A stretch of DNA of 64,000 nucleotides from NCBI RefSeq assembly GCF_036321535.1, contig NC_087436.1, forward strand, positions 56,050,001 to 56,114,000, written 5' to 3'. The position numbers and the translations under genes were made by a program. Below, piece by piece: positions 27,030 through 39,399 of this stretch (within the stretch, counting starts at the first letter, position 1; every line of letters begins with the position of its first letter). The stretch comes from Camelus dromedarius (Eukaryota). The notes beneath the pieces were generated by a model. It saw only the letters and a program-made list of their open reading frames with translations, was not told the DNA's origin and did no database searches.

Positions 27030-27200
27030 CCAATTTCTGAGTTCTGTAGGTCAAAACTCTGGGAATGGACTCACAGGGTTCTTGGCCCAGAGTCTCCTCA
27101 GGCTGAAATCAAGGTGTCAGCCTGGCCGGTGCCGCAATCCCTTCAAGGGCATAAGCCCAGGACCAGGTTCATGTTCTTTTGCTGACGTCGATTCTTAAAA
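27030..27200 (-). mobile_element. MaLR LTR fragment (MLT1)
   Basis: gttctgtaggtcaaaactctggg...agagtctcctcaggctgaaatcaaggtgtcagcc. Confidence 0.7.
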
Positions 27201-28699
27201 AGTGAATCGATGTTTCCCTTTCTCTCTAACTCACTGTCAATCTCAATCTCTTTCTCTCCAAAGTCTGTGACTGAGGATTCAGAATTAAATAGGTAAAAAT
27301 TTCAGTTTGACTCTGGTACCACAACTGCTGAAATATTAACCACGTTAAATGTGCAAATGGAAATGTGAGTGCAGACCAGACGTCTGTAGCTGTGTGCTCT
27401 TGTTTTGTTGGCTCCTTAGGGTTCCCTTCCCAAATGAAAAGTGACAAAGATGGTACGAGTATTTGATATGGTCACTACAATTCTTTGACAGCACAATTTG
27501 GCAGAAGGATAAGAGGACAAGGGAAGTCACTCTTTTCATTGTTTATTTATTTCAAGAAACAATTTTTTTTAAGTTTCACAAATCAGGAAAATGATTTCCT
27601 TCTGTACTTTTTAAAACATATTAGTTTACAATCAGTGTACATAATGGGGCTGAGAAAAGAAAATAACAAAAGATGAGCATATTCCTAATGCTTCTGGATT
27701 CAAGCTGAATGAACCCAAAAAACGGTATTGAATGGTGTGACAGGGATTATTTTTTTAATGTGCACATAAATATGTAGTGAAGGCACTTTTAATTATGTCA
27801 ACTGATTTGTAATTCATTCAGGAGCATCTATTAAGTATATAGAATGTGCAGTATTTTCTGAGAACATTGAAATTAGAGATGAACATAGTATTTTATTGCT
27901 TATGTTACGCCTATTAAATTTCTTTGGTTTTAAGTACTGTGGACTTAGAAAATACTCTCATTTGCTTTTAATTTTCTAAACAAATAAATCTCTCATGTTT
28001 ATATAGGAAATATAATTTTAATATTTGTTTTTAAACATCTTATCAATGAATGTCCATTAAATATGACAGGATATGTAATTATATTTTTAAAAGAAAACCT
28101 TCCTTTTTATATCTAGGTATGTAACTTTACCTTCTTTAATTTAACTGAAATTTCCAATGTCCATGTCTTGGATAAGTCTTTGAATATTTGTAATAATTCT
28201 TTTTAATTAGAAAATACCTGTTATCTGAAGATCAAGTCTAAAAAGCCATTCACTTCATTGTCAGGATTTTTATTGAACACAGGAACCAAATTAATCTCTT
28301 GTACCCATAAATTAAGAAAATTCTAATGACACAGTCAGTGAAAATGTATAGACAGGAGAGTTGAGTTTCCCAAAGCAAATGAGTCTATTTCTACCGTTGC
28401 CGTGGTTGAGTTCCTTCAACTCAGTGAGCTCTTTATGCTTATGACTGACTCTTCTGCAGCCGTACTCTTCCTGTTATCCTACTTGTACACTGTCCTCATA
28501 CCTAGAGAATTTAAATGTGAAATTAACTTAGCCTGTAATTTTATTTTACTGGAGCAGGTTTTCTCTCTTTAATTTTGTGATTTTAACCTCTCTTAGATAG
28601 ATAGTGGCCTGCTCCATTTGTTAATACTATACTCTGAATTAATGTTCCTTTGCCTTCTTATAATCATTACAATCATACACACAGTAATTACAATTGGGG

Positions 28700-29480
28700 G
28701 AAAGAGTACCTCTGTATAAGGGGAGGCTGTATGTTGTTAACCTGGGACAAAGCCTCAAACTGTCACCCACAAGCCTCATGGGGCAGCAGTCATTCTTTTA
28801 ACAAATAAACAAGCATCTAGGGCCTCACTCTCACACTTGTGGTTTCAGACACCAGTGGATTCAGTCACCAGTAGATTCAGTCCTCTCTCATGGAGATACT
28901 GAGGTATCAAACCAAAATTCCAACTTGACATGGAAAACATAACATTATATGGAGTGGAGTACTCACATGGACCATGGTGGTGCATTCTCTCCCCATTGTC
29001 TAAGTACACGGAAAGTCAAATGAATGCCAAGTTGCTCATACCCAGTAGAACTAGTATCTCGGGGACAAGAAAATCAAGGTTTGTATGACAAAAGCATTTT
29101 CTCTCCAAAGGCAAATGTACATGGAAAAATAAGTAGTAAAGGTTGCTTAGAATCAGGGCAAGGAGAATTAGATAAATCATATGGCTCTGGGCCATTGCAG
29201 ATGGCTACTAAATGCAGTAGAGAAGGTTCTGCTAATGGAAAGGAAGCAATGCAAGCCCTTGCATCCATCTCCAGCTTAGACACAACTTTGCCAATGGGAG
29301 GAAATTCTTGAAGTTTATTGCCCAGAGCTCATACTCTCCTGAACAAAGTTTGAAAGAAACTTTGAATACTGACCTCTGTGATTCCCCTTTTAATATGATC
29401 CCATGGATGATTAATGACCGTCTGCCTTCTCCAGGGATTGGGACACTATTTTTAATCCATATATATACATCTTGCATAGC
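28700..29480 (+). mobile_element. Putative ancient LTR-retroelement remnant (LTR 3' part, PBS-like site, decayed gag-like frame)
   Basis: TATAAG 28715, AATAAA 28804, CA|TGG junction 28890/28891 with tRNA-Ala-complementary sequence, ATG at 28930; family not identified. Confidence 0.35.
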
Positions 29481-30331
29481 CCTTTCTCGTTCCATTATGT
29501 TTCCACTTTATAGTTTAATATTAAGAGGACAATATAATTTCTTGTGATTTTCAAGCTTTGGGGAAATAGCTCATTCTGGCCTGCGTATATTGACAGATAT
29601 ATATTTCTTAATGTCCTTTCCATAAACTTAATTGTAAAATTAGAAACGCTTAGCAGGTATTTGGATACGGATATAGTCAAACCACTAGAAAATGAATTTT
29701 ACAGACATAGAAAATATATTTATATATGTAAAAATATATGTATATGTTATTAACCACAATTACAACCAGAAAATGTTTAACTCTAAGTCTCATTCTATGT
29801 GTAAGAACATCTAGATATTTTCTGCCAGGTTAAAAAGTGAATCAGCTATATCTGCAAGTAATTACGTATTACTTCTAATTCACCTCTTCCTCAGTACACT
29901 ATTTCCCCTCCTCCACAAATCCTACTTACTTGTTTTCTTGCAAAGCTGCCAAGAAACTGTGAACAAATTTAACGTCTGAATAACTGCTTGCTCTCTCAAT
30001 GACCTTGAAAAATTACTTGCATCATTAAAAATTCATAGAAAAGAAAGTTCTTGAGAAGACTGACACATGTAATCGTAGTACCTCCTGTTATGCTACTGTA
30101 CCATTACAGCCTTCTGAACTTTAAAAATCACCTCAGACATTAACTTTGCCTTAGTTGCCCAATTATATCAAAAGTTTCTGATTTTTTACAAAGAGAATAG
30201 CACTGTTTTCTGCATGTAGAGAGGAAAAAAGAGGAAAAACAGAAGACTGATTGATCCTGCAAATTTTTGTGATACTTCACAGTGACTATTTCAAACAGTG
30301 CCACAAAATTTCAAATGAAGTATTTAAGCTG

Positions 30332-30568
30332 TTTTGTTTTTTTTTTTTAATAGAAGTGAGGCTCACATAGCATACAATTAACCATTTTGAACTGTACAAT
30401 TTGGTGGTGTTTACTGCATTCACAGTGTGGCTCTAGTTTCAGAACTTTTTCATCACTGCAGAAGACCTTGTACCCTTAAAATAATCACTCTTCAAGCCTC
30501 TCTCCTCCCTTCCCCGGGCAACCACTAACGTGCTCCCTGTCTCTCTGAATTTGCCTCTTCTAGATTTC
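30332..30568 (-). mobile_element. Old L1 (L1MB-like) 3' end
   Basis: T-tract, then cacatagcatacaattaaccattttga...tttcagaactttttcatcac...ggcaaccactaa...ctgtctctctgaatttgcct. Confidence 0.9.
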
Positions 30569-30709
30569 AATGATTCTAACTGTAACTATGTATAAATTTT
30601 AAATTGTTTATGCATTGATTTTATTCCTCATTTTTCTTGAGAAAAGAGATATCAAGGAAAAGGATGTAAAGTCCTAAGAGTAAATTTTGAAAACTCTGGT
30701 TAAGATGGT

Positions 30710-30890
30710 AACATGTCATCAGAAGAAGCCTTCTGCTGCCTCTCCCATAGCACATACCACACTGTTGTAATGATCTCCTTACTTGTCTGTCTTCTCTTCA
30801 AGACTGACATCACCGGAGAACATTTGTCACTTTACCCCTAGTGCCTGGCACAGTGCCTTTACACATTCGAGGGCTCACTGCTCGCTGAAG
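30710..30890 (+). mobile_element. L2 3' end fragment
   Basis: catagcacataccacactgttgtaa...acttgtctgtcttc...cccctagtgcctggcacagtgcct. Confidence 0.75.
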
Positions 30891-32484
30891 GGAAGGTGAG
30901 GGAACGAGAGAAGAGGTAGAGCTCACTGATAATATTTTGACCTAAATTAGTAAGTAGAGAAATAGTTACACTGGATTCCTCTTCTGTCTTTTCTTCTCTT
31001 TTGTGTTCTTCCTTTTTTTCTTTTCTTCTTTCTTCATTTATTTCTTTCCTTTGTGTGTGTGTGTATGGTTTTGTTTGTAAGGTCTGGCTTTCCTGAAGTT
31101 ACTTTGAAGAATATACACTTGGTCCCAAAATATATTTATTGGATTAAAATTGGCCTTACCTTGATTTGTCCAACGTGTAGCTTTAATAGAGTATCAGCAG
31201 TGATTATGGTCATGTATATTACTGTCTAATATGTAAAAGGGCCACATTTGATTTTCCAGATGATGCAATCTGATTTTGTTATGTCTCTTTTCTTTCTCTA
31301 GATGTTCTTTCCTCTTGGCAAAACCCTTGTCTTCCAACTCCCTCCCCACCCCCTTGCCCAAAGCATCAGTACTCAGTCTGGAGGGTTCAATCAACGAATA
31401 CTCACCCAGTACTAGAGAGACATACAGTTAGAGTAGTGCCTATGGAAAGGGGAGAAAAACTCGATCTAAATCACCTCCTTCTGTATACTTTCCCTAAAAT
31501 ATGATTTTTATTTTGCAGGGAATAGTGGGAAACATAATCATTTAAAAACCTAGTGCCGATTGCATTCAGTTTCCTACAAGGCAGCTTGCATCAAGTAGAC
31601 CAATTGCCAACCATGGAGAGTGGTGGGTATCATTTCAGCAATGGATAAGATAATCATTTTCCTTTACCTTAGCCTTTTTTTCACTTCATGCTTGAATATA
31701 ATTCTGCAAATGCTGGCAGATATGTTTGTTGTGTCTTAAAAAAAGTCAGTGGGAAATAATATCTTTTCCTATAATTCTTTAAATGTCCATGTCTATGAGC
31801 CCTCATTCTGTTGGTTTAGACAGACTGCTCCTTTGCAGGCAGGGTGTTAGGAATGTATTTTAATCTTCTGTTTCCAAGGTCTTGTGAAGATAGTGCTACA
31901 CATCTGATTCATCAGCAAGAGTAGGTTGTTGTTGATTTCACTGAATTCCTAAGGAAATTGTTTTCTGTTCATTTTGTCTTTCCTCTGGGTAACACATCAC
32001 ATTATCTTGTTTGAGGGTGTCTGCTGCTTGCTACTCAGCACCATTAACATACATCTGGGCCACCCTTTGTGTGGAACTGTCCCCTGGTGAAACCCTCAGT
32101 GGTCTGGGATGGAAAAAGACTGCAATTTACAGAGTCCATTATCACCTCTGGATGTGTAGAATGATAATGGAAGTGACAGAGGTGCAGCTGAAAATTGGCT
32201 CTTAATATTTTATGTGTTCAAGCAAAGGATTGGAAATCTCATGCTGCTCTTTAGGGAAAATGAAGTATGTGGGATTTTTTTTTTTCTATTAGTTATATGC
32301 AAAGAGTTGACTGCAGGGTTTCAAAGAATGTATTACACACATTCATTTTGTGTTAACCAATGCCTCTCACTAGAGGTTTAGAGAGAAAAAAATACTTTAG
32401 CATGGAAAAATTAAAATATGGAAATGAAGTATATCCAACATTGAAGCAAAGTTTTAGAACTGACAGTTCTAAAATAATGCATCA

Positions 32485-32621
32485 GAGGGAAGGTATAGCT
32501 CAGTGGTGGAGTGTGTGCTTAACAAGCATGAGGTCCTGGGTTCAATCCCCAATGCTGCCATTTAAAAAATAAATAAGTAAATAAACCTAATTACCTCCTC
32601 CCTCCCCAAACAAAAAAAATT
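32485..32621 (+). mobile_element. tRNA-Ala-derived SINE, camelid Vic-1-like, full length
   Basis: A box tagctcagtgg (32496-32506), B box ggttcaatcc (32539-32548), tail aaataaataagtaaataaacctaattacctcc..A-rich; degenerate TSD taaaataatgcatca (32470-32484) / taaaatcacgcacca (32622-32636), 12/15 identical. Confidence 0.88.
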
Positions 32622-34627
32622 TAAAATCACGCACCATAAATGTTACCACTTTGTTTTAACTGATGTGCTATATCTAAGCAATCACAAATATTTTCCTAAA
32701 AAGATTATCCTCAAATTTGGTGGTCTTTTTCTCCTTTCACTCACAACATATTTTCCTTCTCACTTACAACTTAGAACAATGCTTCAAGAGCTATCATTAT
32801 CAATTGATTTTGGAAACAAATTCTAGCAGATTTTTTAACGTGTTTGAGGCATATAAAATGGAAAATAAATACAGCTTCTGAAATTGTCATATTAATAATT
32901 TAACATTTACCTTAGTATATTGAATACTGATAATAGTACTAAAGAGATGCTGTTGAAATAATTATTTCTTGAAAAATGCAGTTTCTGGCTTGGATAAGAT
33001 GAGATACAATTTGGTGCCCTTTTTATAAGTGTTTTATTAATTGTCATCCATCTTATTTTAGACAAACCGAAAGGAGTAAGATAATATATTTTCTTAATAA
33101 TAAAAGACTAAGTGTTATTGAAATTTAGCAAATATCAAGTCCCATCTGTCTATTTATGATATAAAGAATTTCAATTACTTTACCAATAGAGTGTACACTA
33201 GTGACATTACTATATCTATATTGCCTGATGATTAATATGTCTGGATTTTACATTTTGAGGCATTTGGAGATGATAGAATAAGCCTGGTAGTTTTTTGGGG
33301 TTTTTTTTCCCATTTCTTTTCAGAAAGACAGACAACTTTCTTTTGTTTGTTTTTGTCAGTGTTTCTTTTCTGGATATTAATATCGCTTTATTCAACTGTG
33401 AGTAGGGAAAGTTTCAAGATGCTATGGTGGATTTTAAGCCTCATTTAAATCAGCAGCACCTGCCTTTTGAATAAGCTTTCTGTAGATCCGTTTATTTAGA
33501 ATTCATTTGATGTAGTTACCATTGACAGGCTCAAAGTAATAAGACTTCCAGATTGAGACTTAAGGAGAATTCTGAACACTACAAACATCCTGTCAGTGAT
33601 ACTCAGTGAACTACTTGGACTATAAATTTCTCATATTTTTGAAACAAATAAAGTCCTTATATTGTATGGAATCAATATTAGTTAGTATCATTAAGTTTTA
33701 TCACTACAAATTTACTGAGTGTTATGTGCCAAACAAAATTTTAGGCACTTTTTTACATATGTTCTCTATACGACATTAGTCTTTTGGGGCTTCCAAGTTT
33801 ATAAGGGAAAACATGGTTGCCTTGGTCTCTGTTAGCCCCAGCTCTAATCCACTTCCTGGAAATTAATAAAAACCAATAAATATTTGTTGAAGAGGAAAAG
33901 CATTACTTTATTGAATTCTAGACATGACAATTAGGATAGATAGCTATGTAAACATTTTAAGGGGTTGTTTCATTAAAGATCTGGAGTTCTGGTGTTGATG
34001 ACAGGGCAGTGGTCCTCTCTTTGCCTTTGGGTACCTAGAATATAAACAAATAGAATTCCAGAGATAAAAATTTCATTAAAATGGGACTTAGTTGGTTCAC
34101 TATTTAGAGGTGGGCCAAGTAGCAGTGGTCTTTCCTTTTGTTACCAGAAATGGTTGTTTCCTCTGGGTCTTGCCAGGTCTAGAACAAAGTGTCAATATTT
34201 AAACTGTCTTTTTTTCCTTTTAAAATAATATCATACAATGATAAGATGTTCATCTCAAAAGAGTGTGTCTGTTGCCGACAGCTCTTCTGTGTAAAAATGC
34301 ATTTCCCAGGTGTTATTACATTACCATACCTCTGTGTTAAAAGTCTGCAAGCACTATTGGTAGTTGTAAGTTAATTTATCAAAGGAAAATAGGTAGAAAA
34401 TTCCACTGCCTCACACTTTCTCACTCTGCTGAACATTATGAACACTTGTAACAAGTCTGCCTCCATTGCCACCATTTTCTGTCAGCTTCACATTGAGTTA
34501 GAGCTGCTCTTTGCACTGTACATCTGGTAAAACCAGGCCAGAGAAGCAGGATATGGAGAATTTTTTATAGTCTATCTTTTAATTGCTCCATTGTGTGCCA
34601 TCATAAGAATTTATTCCATATACATAT

Positions 34628-34669
34628 TATATGTGTGTGTGTGTGTATATACACACACACACACATATA
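34628..34669. repeat. Compound (TG)n-TATA-(CA)n microsatellite forming a perfect 42-bp palindrome
   Basis: Checked base by base; symmetric about 34648/34649. Confidence 0.95.
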
Positions 34670-35184
34670 CACAAATGCAATTAATTTGACCCTTGCTACA
34701 GTCCCAAGATGTAGACAGGCCAGATAATATTGAACTTCTACAGACGAGGAAAGTATAATAAGGCCCAGCTAGGTTGTATGGTTTGCCCCTGGTGGTGAGA
34801 TTTTCAAGTGCTGCATGTAGGGCTAAAAGCCTCATTTAGAGTTCTTCCCGTAGAAGTTATAATACGGTGTCCAGAAATCAGGCTTAGGTCTCTGTTCTGT
34901 GTTAGAGAAGATCCTGACCATTGGGGAAATCACCCTCTAAACTGGACATCAGCTAGAAAAGTGTGAGCGTGGAAGTGGTTGATTCCTCTGTTGGCAAAGT
35001 CCTCCTTCTCACCTTCATTTATCGAGGTTGTATCCATCCTATGGGGCCAGCTCCCAAGCCTCTTCTTCCTGGAAAAAGAGACAAAAAGCCTGCAGTTTCC
35101 TCTTCCTCTATGATAATATTCTTCATAGGCTGCCTTGTGATAACCCTTTTTAAAATTTTCCCTCACTGTGTCCCAGTGAACCTA

Positions 35185-35388
35185 CAGTTAGGCAGGCCTG
35201 AATTCTAATCTCAGATCTTCCACTTTAAATTAGCTGTGTATCACTGGGCAAGTTGCTAAATTTTCTAATATAACTTTGTAAATTAGGGCACCTGCCTCAC
35301 AGGTGAGTTTTCAAGTTAGAACATATGAATAGCTTTGTAAAATGTATGACTCAGAGTAAGTGCTCAATTAATAGTACCTATCATTATT
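35185..35388 (+). mobile_element. MIR SINE
   Basis: ggcctgaattctaatctcagatcttccact...tagctgtgtatcactgggcaagtt...cacctgcctcacagg...agtaagtgctcaattaatagta. Confidence 0.85.
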
Positions 35389-35863
35389 TTTGGCCTTTGT
35401 ATCTCACTAGAGCTTAAGTCAGATACTCATCTTCTCAGCTTTCTGTGAATCTAGCAAAGTAGTTGGATATTGACTTTTATAAGAATATCTGTCTAATCTC
35501 CAACTATTCAGCTATTACTGGACAAACTTGATTCAGGTCTAAGCAGATGTTTCTAGATAAAATCCAACAATTTAAACATGCTAGAGAAGAACTCTTTTAT
35601 CTTGATTTCATGGTTCAAAAATTATAAATATATTTAAGAAATAATTTTTATATAGAGTTAATTATTGATGGGGTTCAGAGAAAGAAGTGAGCACTGATAA
35701 TGGTAAGCTTCCAGTCTACTGAACTGTGCATAGGGAATGAGAGAGAAATGCAGTGAGGACCACCTCGTGCATGGATCGCCAAGATATAGCGGTGGTGCCC
35801 TAGTCATACGCAGTCAACAGACATATTTAGTGCTCCACCATTTACAGACCAGAAAATGAACTA

Positions 35864-36510
35864 ATTTTTAAAAATTGTGCTATAATTTACATAAAGTTAA
35901 ATTCCCCCTTTTTACAGTTTACAGTTCTTTAAGGTTTGACAACAACATTCAGTTATGTAACCACCACAGTTGTGTTGCCAACACAATCAAGATATAGAAC
36001 ATGTATCACTGTCAGTGAATTTGCAATTAGGCAGGACTAAATTTAATTCCTGGATCTGCCACTTTCAGGCTGCTGGTCATTGAACATTTCCCTCATGTCC
36101 AAAATATGATTTCACATCCATTTTCTGTCAATTCCTTTGTTTACTCCCAGCTTCTGGCATCACTTAGATGTTTCCTTTCCCTATAGTTTTGCCTTTTCCA
36201 GAATATCATATAAATATAATCACATAATATCTTCTTTCTCTGGTTTCTTTCATTTAGCATCATTATTTGAGATTCAGCCATGTTTTTGTATGTGTCAATA
36301 ATTTATTCCTTTCATTCTTAAGTAGTATTCCATTGTATGGATGTACCATGGTTTGTTTATCCATTCACCAGTTGAAAATTGCCTACAGTTTTCAATAATT
36401 ATGAGTAAAAACACTGAGCATTGGTGGACAGATTTTTGTGTGAACATAAATTTTCATTAATCTTGGGTAAATACCTAGAAGTAGACTGTTGTGTCACATC
36501 ATATTTTGAA
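35864..36510 (-). mobile_element. Old L1 (L1MC/MD-like) 3' fragment with an internal ~80-bp insert
   Basis: tataatttacataaagttaaattc...tgtaaccaccac...caatcaagatatagaaca...ttgccttttccagaatatcatataaat...agtagtattccattgtatggatgtacc...ttgggtaaatacctag. Confidence 0.9.
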
Positions 36511-37650
36511 CTATTTCTTAGAGTGATTTTTAAAAAACATAATGAAATACATGATATACTGATTTTTTCATTGAATAATTATAGATTTACTCTGACTCAT
36601 AATACTAAGCATCATCTAAGATTTTCTTAATTAGTCATCATTTTGAGCATAGCTTTATTGAGTATTGAATAATTATTGTATGTAAGAATTTGTATGAGTG
36701 TACTATGTGGTCCTTCAGAGTGTCACCATATGGGTTGCTAATTTTCCCTGAACAGATGCAGACAACTATTTTTGGATTCTCATCTTCTATTTTGTAGACT
36801 TTTTTTGCCTTCTGTCTGTACAGTTTGCCCTGTGGCTACTTCTTGCTATATTCTGCTCTTTGTATTTACTGTGTTTTATCTATTGCATTTTAGAAATTAG
36901 ACTAAATAACTTGTTGAATTATTGGTTACTTAAGAACAGACGGGCTCTGAATGAGGGCCTGTCTCTGGTAGGCACTCTCGTGAGAAGACATGTGTCCTTC
37001 CTTCATTTTGGATGCTTTTTATAAAATGTTCTGTAAAAAACCAACCCCTTCTTTGCACGTTCTTTGTTATCTCCCCGAACCTTGATATTCTTGGTAAGCA
37101 AGTCCCAGTGGTACTATCTCAATAATAACATAAATTCACATCCCACTTGTGCCCTCTTCTCCACTCCAGCAGTGAATACCCCTCCTGCCCAAGGTAACTT
37201 AAGACTTCCTTCCTTCCTCGTCAAGAGTGTATCTAGATAACTCTGTTTATCTTGATTTCTCTAACTCAGATTTTGCAGAAAATTCATTTACTGCTTTATT
37301 ACGGACTCTTTGTTTTGTAATAATTTTAGTCTTAGCAACAAAATTGCTGAGAACTTGCACTTTCTTCTCTGAATGCTTCCCTTTGTACTAGATATACCAA
37401 CCAGTGGCCAAACTGACAAGTGTTTACAGATTGATTGCTTGATTAGATAGTATAAAGCAACATTACTAAGGGCATTATCTTACTGATTTGCATACTTAAT
37501 GTTTTGAGTCTGTGACAGAGTACTATTAAAAAACAAACAAACCCTGTCACAGGGTGACAGAGAAAAGCCCCTTCTGATTCCAGATGAAAGGGAACAGACA
37601 ACTAAGCTGCTTTCAGCTTCGTCCCCTCCCTTTTTCACTGTTATTCCCCT

Positions 37651-37674
37651 AAAAGAAAAAAAAAAAAAAAAAAA
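37651..37674. repeat. Poly(A) tract (A4-G-A19)
   Basis: Read directly. Confidence 0.9.
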
Positions 37675-38369
37675 GACTTATCCATTAATTTAATGTATCT
37701 AAGAAAAGAAGGGAGGGAAGACAGATGAAATTAAACAGTAACAAGTAAGAATGAAAATGACATAGACTTATAAGTAAGGAGGGAAAAGATAAACCTTGGT
37801 AATTTAGTTTGCAAAGCATCCCTTGAAATTTGATATATATTTGATATATGAATTGTCTCTAAACTCTCTCCTTGGCAAAAATAGAAAAGCAGAAAAGAAA
37901 CTAATAATGAAAACAAGTTGAGTGAAATGACAGCTTTGTCATTTTTAAAATTAGATTTGCTTTGTACTTCCCTTCCTTAATGATGCATCCAAGGCTCTGC
38001 CTCCATCCCTGTCAGTTCAGTTACCTCCAAAGTTACAAAACTCTGCTGTGAAAGTTCCATTAGAATAATTCTACCAAGAGTAGCTACTTACATGCTTTTT
38101 TGTACATTTCTAAATATAACTGAAGACTACTTGAATATAATATTTAAGTTGATTTTTTTAATGGAAGCAAAATCTTCAATTTACACAGTGATGGTAATCC
38201 TCTAAGACACATACATCTCAGAGCTATACAAGAGGCACTGAGTTCCAGTAGTCACTGGAAGACAGAATTACTCATCTACTGCTCCAGTCTGAGGCGCATT
38301 CTCCTTAAACCTACATTTAATGTCCCCGTGGCTAATCGTTCAGGTTCCTAAAGAACTTCGTAAGGCAGT

Positions 38370-38512
38370 CCATTCCTGCTTATCAGACAAGCATGTGTCC
38401 TCATTTTATAAATGGGATTGCTGAGGCCCACAGTTAATTTTGCAAGACCCCATAGTGAATGAAGGAAGATGAGGCTAATGAGAAGCAGGTCTCCATCTAA
38501 CCAGTGCTATTT
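38370..38512 (-). mobile_element. MIR SINE fragment
   Basis: cctcattttataaatgggattgctgaggcccacagttaattttgcaag. Confidence 0.65.
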
Positions 38513-38731
38513 TCATTGGAGAATCCCAGTTAATAAGAGTTACCCCAATTCTGTTGTCTGTCCATTTTCAATATAATGTATAGAGAAATCTTTGTGCTCT
38601 CAAACTTTCAATAGACTGTCAGTATATATGGAGATGTACTGTTTTAATAGCCATCTCCATGACAGAAGACTGAAGAATTCATTCTGTTAGTATTTTAAAA
38701 GGATGATGGAGTCTTAGTGGATTAATATAGG

Positions 38732-38814
38732 ATTTTATATATATATATATATTATATATATATATTTATATATATATATATATATAAAAATATATATATA
38801 TATATATAAAAAAA
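38732..38814. repeat. Interrupted (TA)n microsatellite, 83 bp of pure A/T
   Basis: Read directly. Confidence 0.95.
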
Positions 38815-39399
38815 CATTCATTATTTAGCTAAAAATTTTTGTAAACCTAGCCTGAGTTTATCTTTAGTGAAAAACAGAGCATTTGTTTCACACAGGAAGG
38901 AACAGGTAAAATCCTGTCAGCATTTAGACTTAAAATTCAATAATCTCACAGAAACTCAAGTAAAGAACAATAATTTAAAACAACAACAAATATATAGCCC
39001 AAATAAACTTTGCTATATACTCTCTTAAAATTGGTATAATTCTACTCAGAAACATCCATTTTCACATTGTATCTCTAAAAGGCATAAATAAAAATAAAGA
39101 ATAAAATAACAAAAGGAAAACATTGATAAATATCAAATTTTCAGTGAGTTCCAAAAGGAGGAATCATTTATTAAATTCTCAAAGGTCCTAGATTCCACCG
39201 AGGCCAGGTAAGGGTAAGATTAGCCAATTGCTTTGATCAGTCATATAATAGCTAAGTATATTTAGGTTGGCAGATAGCATTAGATCATTCAAAGGAATCT
39301 CTTGCAAGTTAAGGTGTCTTAAGGAAAGAAAATCTCAAACACTGATTCATACTGTGAGTAGAAAAAAATAGGTCGCTTATTGCCCTTTAGTAGCTTCCA

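Noticed and set aside
31302..31420. Strong + strand acceptor (tttctttctctag|ATG)
   Set aside because: No convincing downstream donor and no recognisable peptide in any frame.
32485..32560. tRNA-Ala gene
   Set aside because: The stems are degenerate, and it has a SINE tail, a TSD and a second related copy at 59539, so it is a SINE.
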